A DNA stretch of 40,848 nt from an uncultured Candidatus Sumerlaeota bacterium (lineage in GTDB: Bacteria; Sumerlaeota; Sumerlaeia; MWCT01; JAUWMI01), in the NCBI GenBank assembly GCA_964630455.1, contig CAZVVA010000005.1, forward strand, positions 1 to 40,848. The letters run 5' to 3'. Below are positions 10,901 to 18,232 of the stretch, piece after piece; the stretch's first letter is position 1, and the number at the start of each line of letters is the position of its first letter. Under the pieces are notes generated by a model. The model saw only the letters and a list, made by a program, of their open reading frames with translations. It searched no databases and had not been told where the DNA came from. Both the position numbers and the translations under genes were made by a program.

Positions 10901-11092
10901 TATTCCGGCAAAGGCAAGCGACTTCTCCACAAGCTCAATAGTACCTCAGTGTTCTTCTGTCCTCCTCTTCACAAAGAGCTTAAGAAAATGCTTCCTGAAA
11001 AGAACATCCTTATCCATACACTCCGGCCGCATCCCTCCAAAGATGACTTCCTTTCTTACCACCATGAGAATGTCACCAGGGATGTAAGCTGA
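7913..11092 (+). CDS. dnaE: DNA polymerase III alpha (DnaE/C-family) homolog with an apparently degenerate polymerase active site
   Basis: 1059-aa ORF. Family landmarks: PHP motifs FVHCHVHSHFSLSDG and ALTDHNSLGG; GKGNIVSSVVAYVLGLTDIDPLEY; LKAHYPLSFMTAILT; a clamp-motif-like PSFFDL; an OB-like tail. The expected SMPDxDxDF motif reads SSPMLTIEVP (nt 9083-9112). Confidence 0.8.
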   Translation: MALQQFVHCHVHSHFSLSDGVPSVSALVHKAEQLGMSAMALTDHNSLGGIIEFTRTARSCGLQPIIGCELDVLPFETSHYSGTTHHLTLLVESEKGYRNLVSLITLAHKNAGTGKPHVAFSDLARHSTGLLALTGCIRGELAHLLLGRNPEVAERYLEALVCAFGKANVYFELQETGEPQRGVVNNRLIQLSHFLGIPTVATNNVHHLHPEEELCFQFLKRTPVRPDATVDAFYRPGKVTRHLASETEMSEKFAAHPRAIQATVEIAQRCGFVLEPRPPRFPLLDFDRGQDAESFLWDLAFREATKKYGFLSNELKDRLNEEFDYIKNNGLIHCIILLQKLTQFLREKHIIKGIGKGNIVSSVVAYVLGLTDIDPLEYHIKFQGFIVGEASSPMLTIEVPTKHLTTITTYLQQLYPESCLAAVGKYQYWHKGTLLTELCLWANVPKHRIGGLLASPAFQSQSSCSPGSLGDLVSQNSQGLALTTPRLLSCIIASLHPRPRALKPMTGHLVISGEHLNELVPREFSNTPLGVTQMEAASLDLLGLPHLNIIARPLLDILDDTIFWIRNQENRSFSLEKIPLNDVPTFQLLSRGLTNGIPPFHSITLKSLLRVHRPRNILQLLKVKTESARNRTKTSASDHNIVHQISDCILTYWCAYLKAHYPLSFMTAILTNSHQHRKRFTILLREARYMGIRILLPDVNLSSYTFTQEGKAIRTGMMIVHGMGEKAFHEIETVRKGGAFNDLEDLCKRTDPKLLHARLIVSMIKTGVLDSFGTKRSQMLQMLPGLIQTTRQKEEGEEDLTPSFFDLPGVKVQPITTSDAGTSEVAELPLETLIKYEIDAAGYAITYDPLSPYQDLIRKIRAISPYGIMPKLEGTYQYLVGYIDHIDREGPLVGSDTALILDFEGYLVSVPPRVAKRAGRALTSTLPVLIGGRICGNKDQSMIRAHCIHTLAEVQKAAEVTIKIALNLDGENVKTLKMLKHLAKTYPGKTKIEVRNYSGKGKRLLHKLNSTSVFFCPPLHKELKKMLPEKNILIHTLRPHPSKDDFLSYHHENVTRDVS

Positions 11093-11103
11093 TAGGCGGC
11101 TTC

Positions 11104-12918
11104 TCACCGCACGCTTTTCAGGTACTTATTCCAAAGCGTCCGGAGTTCCTTCCACGCGGCATCCGGAATCCGTTGGCCGGTCGTGTCAATGTGCGTGAGA
11201 TAATAAAGCGAGGGAACACCATAGCGTGGCTGCACACGCATGTATTCACGCCAGGCTCTCAGGCTTGGGCAAGGCCAGTTATCCATATCAATTAGCCAAT
11301 GTGGGTTGGCCAACCTGGCCATACGCGCACGAAAGCGCATTTTCCCAACTATAGATTGTCGTGCGTTACAGATGTCGTTCAGACGTAACATATCAATGAC
11401 AGAGGCAAAATAGGGATTCGCTGCATGGGCAATAATCAGGGCATCGTGCTTAACTTGCTTAGCCGTCGAATAGATGAGATCCAGATAGACTTTCAGAAGC
11501 TCGATGCCCCAGATTGAGCCATGAAGACGGCACCCATAACCGGTCGGAATATTTGCCGTAAAGTCAATCTTAAATCCGTCGGCGTTCAAACAACCGCGAC
11601 CAGAGGAAAGCATGAATCGGATTGCATGCCTGAGCTTGCGCTGAAACTCCGGATGGGTCGGATCCTCACTCAGCTTTCTGCCGTTTTGGACAATACACAT
11701 CTCGCTGGGCACTCCTTCGCCCGTAAAGAGCCCCCACCAGAGAAGCACCCTCTTTCCCTGCCGATGCATACGGTCAATGAACCCGCGCAGATCAGGCCAT
11801 TTTCCAAGGTCCGTCGCTGGAAGGCCCCGTTCGCTCTGCCACTTATCGTCAATGATCAATATGCGATACGGCAACCGCCGGTGCTTGAGTAGCCGGACGA
11901 ACTGCTCGTAATTGGCCTGATTAGCGTACATGGGAGCGGATTTCTCCTCAGCCCTATCCTTTGCCCCCTTGAGATTAAAAAAGTCGCTCTGATAGCATTG
12001 CTCGCCCCAGCCACACACAATCGGGCCGCGCCACCAACCTGGCTGTCGCTTTGGGTGAAGCTCAACCCGGCCGTGTTCTGCCAGCCGCTCGACATAGCGT
12101 TTCACTACCTCTGCCCCTGAACTCCCGAAGGTAAACAGGAGATGGGGCGACTCGAAACGTCCCTGAACTTTTGTGTATCCGAAGTAGCGCAGGGCAAGGC
12201 CAAAGCCTGTGCCACCGCGATACTCATAGTCGCTAAAGTTATAGCTGCCGGGACTAACAACGAGCCCTGCCCCAAGCCAATGCCGATCTGCGGGCTTGCC
12301 AAACGCAAAGCAGAGAATACCGGGGGTAAAAAACCAATTCTGGCCGCAGTAGGCCGGATCGTTATTCACGCTGATCTTTGCATTTTGTTTTGCGCTGATA
12401 ATCTGCTGATCGTCACCGTTGGGCTCAGGATTGAACACCGCGTCAAACCGCACAGGAGAAGCCAACCGCAGAGTGCGCTGGTGGGTCCGGGTTCGTGAAC
12501 GGCTTTGAATTCCCCATGCCTTGCGCATGGTGGCCGATGGGGCTGCTTCAAAAAACCGCAGCGTGTCAATTCGCCCCTTCCCATACAGTATGTAGAAGTA
12601 TTCGAGCACATCTTCCCTGCACACGAACACATACTCTTTGCGCGTCCATCTACTACTTTTGCCACTCCACTGCAAATGCAGCTCAGACGAAGATTTGTGC
12701 GTCACTAGAGGCTGCTGGTCCAGTTTCATCTCGTAATCTTGTTTGTGAGGAGGCTGGCATGCAGAAGGAATTAACAGCGGCTGGTGAAATCCGGAGGTGT
12801 GCAGAAAGACGTAGAGCCCCTTTGCTGCCTGCCAGTGGAGTGAATAGCGTGACGTCTGAATCACCAATGACTCTTTACGCTGAATAATCTCCATGTTGGT
12901 CTTGCGGTCCTTCCACAC
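11104..12918 (-). CDS. Putative glycoside hydrolase, (beta/alpha)8-barrel, GH31/GH36-like
   Basis: 604-aa ORF. ILIIDDKWQ...GKWPDLRGFIDRMHRQGKRVLLWWG and NADGFKIDF resemble the DDxW / FPd..lv..lh..G.k / DG.K.D pattern of clan GH-D/GH31 enzymes. The listed start is GTG; an ATG lies 8 codons downstream (12894). Confidence 0.45.
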   Translation of the reverse strand: MWKDRKTNMEIIQRKESLVIQTSRYSLHWQAAKGLYVFLHTSGFHQPLLIPSACQPPHKQDYEMKLDQQPLVTHKSSSELHLQWSGKSSRWTRKEYVFVCREDVLEYFYILYGKGRIDTLRFFEAAPSATMRKAWGIQSRSRTRTHQRTLRLASPVRFDAVFNPEPNGDDQQIISAKQNAKISVNNDPAYCGQNWFFTPGILCFAFGKPADRHWLGAGLVVSPGSYNFSDYEYRGGTGFGLALRYFGYTKVQGRFESPHLLFTFGSSGAEVVKRYVERLAEHGRVELHPKRQPGWWRGPIVCGWGEQCYQSDFFNLKGAKDRAEEKSAPMYANQANYEQFVRLLKHRRLPYRILIIDDKWQSERGLPATDLGKWPDLRGFIDRMHRQGKRVLLWWGLFTGEGVPSEMCIVQNGRKLSEDPTHPEFQRKLRHAIRFMLSSGRGCLNADGFKIDFTANIPTGYGCRLHGSIWGIELLKVYLDLIYSTAKQVKHDALIIAHAANPYFASVIDMLRLNDICNARQSIVGKMRFRARMARLANPHWLIDMDNWPCPSLRAWREYMRVQPRYGVPSLYYLTHIDTTGQRIPDAAWKELRTLWNKYLKSVR

Positions 12919-12926
12919 GTGGTATG

Positions 12927-13228
12927 CTAGCGAAGCGAGTAGATCTCAAAGCGGAAGTCATCAAACCACACGTACCCGGTCTCAACTGTCGGCATCACAC
13001 TGTTCGGACAAATGGCAAAGCCAATAATGGCGGCGCGGATCCCTTGGGGCACAGGCCGAAAATAGAGCTTGAACGCGCTCGACCTGGGACCTGCGACGAT
13101 GCCCGGCGCATCCATTGCAAGCAAGCATTTCTGTCTCGTTTATCTTTTGCGCTAGCATTTGAGTTGTCCGACGCTAACTCGTTGGACCAAGCAAGGGGAT
13201 TGAACTTGACGGAGACCCAAGGCGACAC
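12927..13228 (-). pseudogene. Frameshifted duplicate of the C-terminal CBM-like domain of the upstream 995-aa protein
   Basis: Two overlapping minus-strand ORFs in different frames. The second ends ...AAIIGFAICPNSVMPTVETGYVWFDDFRFEIYSLR*, which parallels the end of the 995-aa protein, ...ATIGFTVYANSINYYPESGKVWIGDFRFEPY*. The first is in frame with the 995-aa CDS, separated only by its TAG stop. Confidence 0.6.
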
Positions 13229-13243
13229 CTTGATGATTGCGGA

Positions 13244-16231
13244 CTAGTATGGCTCAAACCGAAAATCGCCGATCCACACTTTCCCTGATTCCGGATAGTA
13301 GTTGATGCTGTTGGCATAGACCGTAAAGCCGATAGTTGCTTGAGTGGCACCCTCAGGAACGCTGTACAAATAGACTTGTCTCACCCAGTCAGTACTGCCG
13401 GTGATTCCTTCCATGTTCACCCATTGCTGCGCGATGGGCTGGCCGCCTTTATCAAAATACACCATGGCGATATTGGCGGACTGATTAGCCAGACTCTGTA
13501 CACGAAGTTTGGCAGAAAAATACATCAGCGCGCGCGGCTGAACTGGAAATGTGGGTGTCAACAGCGTTAGCCCATCCTCATCACGATCAACATCAATCCG
13601 GATAGCTGCCTCGCCTTCCAGCTCATCAATTGCTTCGAATCGATACTTTACCGGCTTCATGAATTGCCATCCCAGAGGTAAGCCAGTGGGTTGATTCGTA
13701 TCTTCCAGAACCACGCGGCCTGGAACTGGTGGTAGCATCAACGACTTGCTGATATCAATGCGATCATCCTCAATTATCTCACCTTGTGATATCTGCCGCA
13801 GTGTGAAGTAATCAAGCACGGCGTCATTATCCTGCTCAGGGAGTAATCCTGCGTCCACGGACATCTCATTGACAAACTGCAGCGTCAGCGTATGCCTACC
13901 GTTGCTGAGCTGGAGCGGGAAGGTTTGGGTACTCCATGTGTCGTCTGCTTTGCTGAACGACAGAATCCCCTTGACCCGGTCATCCACTAGCACCTCGAGC
14001 AACACCGGGCCAGGCCGATCATTCTGAGCACAGAGCGCAAAGGCATAGATTCCATCAGTCGGAATCACGGTCTCATAGTCAGCGAAACTGTTGCGTTTCA
14101 TGACGAAACTCATGCGGTCGCCAATTCTCCGAATCTTGTTAAACGACGTGGGATGCGTTTGCCAGGGAGCCTCAGCCTCGAGGCGCCATGGCACATCAGC
14201 CGGTGGTGCAATTTCAAGCCATCCAATAAGAAGATCCTGCGGCTCGGAGTTAGTGGAACGTTCCAGTTGCAAGCTTACAGTGTGCACTCCGCTTTCAATC
14301 GGAACACTCGTCAGAGCCTGCACTTGAACCCTGTTCATGGGCCTTATAGCAAGAGTTCCAATCTGGCGGTCATCAAGAGAAATGTGAACCGGGATCTGCG
14401 TTTCGCCTTTATTGATTGCCGCTAGCCGAATAGTGTAGGGAAAAGTGCTCTCAAAGAGGAGCTCGTGCCGCAGTTCCCCGGATTGAGGAAAGGAGACGAA
14501 GGTATTCTCCACTTCAGCATCTATGATCCCGTGCTCAGGCAGCGCGGGGAGGTCGTCCACCTGACGCTTCGTCGCGAACAGATATCGGTAGACTGCTGGC
14601 GGATAGACGTAATGCTCCGGGTATTTCCAGCGGTAAACGACCACCTCTTTCTGTTCTCGGTTAATCTCCATGGGATGAAGCGAGGGTAAGTAGAGCTCCT
14701 GGGTGAAGTACTTCTCCACCCATTCAAAGAGTAAGCGTGGCTCATAGCGTCTGTATGACGAACACAGCCACACACCGGGCTTCTCATAACAGAGCCGCTT
14801 TAGCTGATTAAGCGCCATAACGGGAATTCCGTATACCTCGCGCAACTTAAAGAGCTGCGATTTATCCATGTGCAACAAATTGTAGTAAAAGTGGAGACTC
14901 GAATTATCACAATAGAGGTAACTCGTCACTGCTTCCCTTGGTTTGACATGCGTTCGCAAATGTTCCACTGCTCCTCGCCAGTTCTGCTTGTTTCCCGTAT
15001 AGTAGCGATAGAGATTAGGAAAGAATCCCGCCAGAAATGCAATCACAAGACACACCAGGACTACGTTTGATACCCGGTTCTGGCCGGCGCCGGAGGTCAG
15101 GCGCTGTGCAACCCATCCCGCAGATAACCTGAAACCCTGGCTGATGCAGAGCAGGTAAAGCGGGACAATGAAGCTGGTGTAGCGCGGGTGAAAGAAATGC
15201 CCGACTGGTTTGACCATAAGTGCAACAAACGGCATGGAAAAGAGTATGAGCACAAGAAACAAGAGATCGCGGCGACGAAGCGCACAATAGCCAAGGCCAA
15301 CGAGGAAAAAGAAGACAACCACGCCAGTAAGGACAAGATTTCGCACCGAATAATCTTGAAATGCGATGCCATAATCAGTGGCGAGCTTCCAGAAAAATCC
15401 GAAACTAAACTCTACATTCTCAGCCCGCCCAGGCCCGAGATCCACCACGGCAAGACGCAGCACCTTCCCAATTGCAAGATAAGCAACGTATGCCATCCCT
15501 GCCAGAAATACTCCAACCGCAGGGACTGCAACCGCCCGAGCGCGCTGGAAGAGCCGAACGACTTCAGCGGCCTTCTCACGCAGGAATCTTCCGTCAATGA
15601 TCAACCATCCGAGCAGAACTAACCCTTCGCTGATAACTACGAAAATGTTCGATAGATGTACTTTGAAATTTACCATATTCGCCAGAATAAGCAAAACAAG
15701 CAGGCTGATTGTCCGCTTGTCAAAAAAGGCGAACAACAAGTAGTACGTTAGCAGTGAGAAGAACATCATCTCAGAATAGTAATTCGCGTCCTGTGAATAG
15801 TAAATATGGTAAGGGGAAAAAGCGAGGAGCACGGCAGCGACGTAGGCCGTCTGCAGGCCGAAAAGCCGCCTGGCCAGCAGAAACATAAAGGGAATGCTCA
15901 GGATACCGACAAGGGCACTTGGAAGGCGCAAGAAGAATTCCGAGTGTCCAAGCGCCATACTCAGGCGGGCCAGTAGAAATGTCACCGGATGTACCGTTCT
16001 GGAGATTCGCTCCAGCGTGCTGAGCGAATCGTTGTAAACACACATCTCGTCAATCCAGAGACTCTGGCGCCCAAGGTCGGGCAGCCGCAGTAAACAGGCA
16101 ATCACGATAATACCGAGTATCAGCCTGTCTATGCGAATCTGCTGAAAGAAAGACGCAGGTCGGGTCTTATGCCCTCTGCGCCCGCGTTGCTTTTTGCGCT
16201 GTTCGTCTCTGGATGCCATACTTCGACTCAC
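13244..16231 (-). CDS. ArnT/PMT-like (GT39/GT-C) membrane glycosyltransferase fused to C-terminal CBM-like beta-sandwich domains
   Basis: 995-aa ORF. The N-terminal ~450 aa are polytopic with the loop-1 motif SLWIDEM typical of PMT_2/ArnT-type enzymes. The C-terminal ~450 aa are soluble, with repeated CBM6/CBM4_9-like segments (WRLEAEA..., GRHTLTLQFVNE, VWIGDFRFEPY). Confidence 0.65.
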   Translation of the reverse strand: MSRSMASRDEQRKKQRGRRGHKTRPASFFQQIRIDRLILGIIVIACLLRLPDLGRQSLWIDEMCVYNDSLSTLERISRTVHPVTFLLARLSMALGHSEFFLRLPSALVGILSIPFMFLLARRLFGLQTAYVAAVLLAFSPYHIYYSQDANYYSEMMFFSLLTYYLLFAFFDKRTISLLVLLILANMVNFKVHLSNIFVVISEGLVLLGWLIIDGRFLREKAAEVVRLFQRARAVAVPAVGVFLAGMAYVAYLAIGKVLRLAVVDLGPGRAENVEFSFGFFWKLATDYGIAFQDYSVRNLVLTGVVVFFFLVGLGYCALRRRDLLFLVLILFSMPFVALMVKPVGHFFHPRYTSFIVPLYLLCISQGFRLSAGWVAQRLTSGAGQNRVSNVVLVCLVIAFLAGFFPNLYRYYTGNKQNWRGAVEHLRTHVKPREAVTSYLYCDNSSLHFYYNLLHMDKSQLFKLREVYGIPVMALNQLKRLCYEKPGVWLCSSYRRYEPRLLFEWVEKYFTQELYLPSLHPMEINREQKEVVVYRWKYPEHYVYPPAVYRYLFATKRQVDDLPALPEHGIIDAEVENTFVSFPQSGELRHELLFESTFPYTIRLAAINKGETQIPVHISLDDRQIGTLAIRPMNRVQVQALTSVPIESGVHTVSLQLERSTNSEPQDLLIGWLEIAPPADVPWRLEAEAPWQTHPTSFNKIRRIGDRMSFVMKRNSFADYETVIPTDGIYAFALCAQNDRPGPVLLEVLVDDRVKGILSFSKADDTWSTQTFPLQLSNGRHTLTLQFVNEMSVDAGLLPEQDNDAVLDYFTLRQISQGEIIEDDRIDISKSLMLPPVPGRVVLEDTNQPTGLPLGWQFMKPVKYRFEAIDELEGEAAIRIDVDRDEDGLTLLTPTFPVQPRALMYFSAKLRVQSLANQSANIAMVYFDKGGQPIAQQWVNMEGITGSTDWVRQVYLYSVPEGATQATIGFTVYANSINYYPESGKVWIGDFRFEPY

Positions 16232-16465
16232 CGACGTTGTCTCGCGACGCGACTACGCTAATATAGCGTCGTAGTGCGCCTCACAAATCTCCGGCCAGCC
16301 ACCTCTATTAAAAGACTGGCTCGCCGCTACATCTTCCTTGCTTCCGGCAACCCATTAACAAGGAAAAAATAGCCCAGCACGGTTCAAAAGCAGTCTTTTC
16401 CACTCAACCATGGAGATACACACTGATCACCTGGGCACAACGCTATGATAAATCCGCCAGGAACC

Positions 16466-17461
16466 TCACACCACATAGTCCCGGCTGGCTTTGTAATAGT
16501 TCCGATGATCGCGAAACCATTCAAAGGTACGGCGAAGCCCTTCGTCCAGCTCAACTTCAGGTTGCCAGGCAATGAGCTCGTGCGCCCTGTGAATGTCAGC
16601 GCAGAGCCGCTCCACCTCACTCTGCTCGGGCCGGAATCGTTCCGCACTCTGCGTAATGCGAAATTGCCTACCGCACAGCCTTTGCACACGATCTACTACA
16701 TCGCGGATCGAAATTTCGGTTCCGGTGCCGATGTTAACTATTTCACCCTTCGCGGATTCTGATTCCGCAATGCGAATAAATCCCTTAACTGCATCAGGAA
16801 CGTAAAGAAAGTCACGGGTCGGATGCGTAGCCCCCAGGGCGATTTCGTTGCCACTTCCCAGGCATTGAAGAATTACTGTAGGGATAATGGCACGGGCCGA
16901 CTGGCGAGGACCGTACGTATTGAACGGACGAATCACCGCCACTGGCAAATCGTACGATCGGTGAAAGCTCAGCGCCAGCATATCTGCAGCCAGTTTTGAT
17001 GCAGCATAGGGCGACTGAGGCCGTGGCAGCTCATCCTCGCGAATCGGGAAATTCCGCGCAGCGCCATATACTTCACTCGTTGACGTATGGATGACGCGAC
17101 ACACTCCAGCAGCGCGCGCCGCCGTGAGAACGTGCAACGTACCCCGAATGTTCGTGTCAATGTAGGATTCCACAGCAGAATATGAATACGGAACGGCAAT
17201 TAGTGCTGCGAGATGGAAAATGTATTCGATCCCTTCGCTTGCCTCACGAACTTTTTCTGCATCACGAATGTCACCCACAAATACTTCCATTGCGCCTCTG
17301 ATTTCATCAGGGAACGTATCAATCCAACCATAGCTGTTCCGGGAATTGTAGCGGACAAACGCCCGAACCCTGGCTCCAAGAGCAACAAGGTGCTCCACCA
17401 GATGACTGCCGATAAACCCCCCTGCCCCTGTCACCAGCACTTTCTTCCCGCTCCAGTCCAC
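16466..17461 (-). CDS. NAD-dependent nucleotide-sugar epimerase/dehydratase (extended SDR; 4,6-dehydratase/decarboxylase-like)
   Basis: 331-aa ORF: VLVTGAGGFIGSHLVEHL (Rossmann), TSTSEVYG, catalytic YAASK. Confidence 0.85.
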   Translation of the reverse strand: MDWSGKKVLVTGAGGFIGSHLVEHLVALGARVRAFVRYNSRNSYGWIDTFPDEIRGAMEVFVGDIRDAEKVREASEGIEYIFHLAALIAVPYSYSAVESYIDTNIRGTLHVLTAARAAGVCRVIHTSTSEVYGAARNFPIREDELPRPQSPYAASKLAADMLALSFHRSYDLPVAVIRPFNTYGPRQSARAIIPTVILQCLGSGNEIALGATHPTRDFLYVPDAVKGFIRIAESESAKGEIVNIGTGTEISIRDVVDRVQRLCGRQFRITQSAERFRPEQSEVERLCADIHRAHELIAWQPEVELDEGLRRTFEWFRDHRNYYKASRDYVV

Positions 17462-17465
17462 AGTG

Positions 17466-18164
17466 CTAGACCTCCGTTCCGTAATTTACATAGTCGGTAT
17501 TGGCCTTGTCGTAATCCTCGGGCCGACCGATGTCGAGCCAGAATCCACGATGCGGATAGGCGCGAACAGGCTCGCCAGACCCGAGAAGAGCCAGTACCAG
17601 ATGGTCAAATCCAAATAGCGTACCCTCAGGGATAAACCTCAGAACCTTCCGATTCAACGCATAAATTCCCATACTGACGTCAAACGTATAGGTGGGCTTT
17701 TCCTTGAAGCCCGTTATCTGCTGGCTCTCCCCCATCGTTAGGACACCGAAATCAACAGGGGCCTCTCGCTGAATTGTCGCAACAGAGAGCATTGCCTGAT
17801 CACGCAGGTGGGATTCATAGAATTTACCAAAATGGAAATCCGTGAGCACATCGCCATTCATCACCAGGAAATTCTCTGGCAAATCTGCAATCAGCTTTAA
17901 CGGACCCATGGTTCCAAGCGGTGTGTCTTCGATTGAATAGCTGATACGCACACCCCATTTGCTGCCGTCGTTAAAAAAGGCCCGAATCAGCTCCGACAAA
18001 TGACTGACGGCCAGAGTGATGTCATTAAACCCATATTTCTTGAGCTGCTTGAGAACGATCTCAAGGATCGGCGTTTCGCCAATAGGCATCAGTGGTTTAG
18101 GCAGACTCGTCGTAAAGGGCTTAAGCCGGGTTCCCTTTCCTCCGGCTAGGATCACTGCGCGCAT
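17466..18164 (-). CDS. Sugar-1-phosphate nucleotidyltransferase
   Basis: 232-aa ORF starting MRAVILAGGKGTRLKPFTTSLPKPLMPIG, the canonical NTP-transferase signature. It ends 4 nt before the SDR start. Confidence 0.85.
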   Translation of the reverse strand: MRAVILAGGKGTRLKPFTTSLPKPLMPIGETPILEIVLKQLKKYGFNDITLAVSHLSELIRAFFNDGSKWGVRISYSIEDTPLGTMGPLKLIADLPENFLVMNGDVLTDFHFGKFYESHLRDQAMLSVATIQREAPVDFGVLTMGESQQITGFKEKPTYTFDVSMGIYALNRKVLRFIPEGTLFGFDHLVLALLGSGEPVRAYPHRGFWLDIGRPEDYDKANTDYVNYGTEV

Positions 18165-18232
18165 TCGTTTGTCCCCTTCCTGTTTCTTATAATATGTTCA
18201 AAAGCGGCTTCCTTGAGCTTAGAAATTACAAG

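Noticed and set aside
7913-11092. Interpretation of the DnaE homolog as an error-prone DnaE2 (ImuC) of an imuA-imuB-dnaE2 mutasome
   Set aside because: No imuA, imuB or lexA-like genes are adjacent (the neighbours are a membrane protein and a GH-like gene). Characterised DnaE2 proteins also retain the catalytic aspartates that appear lost here.
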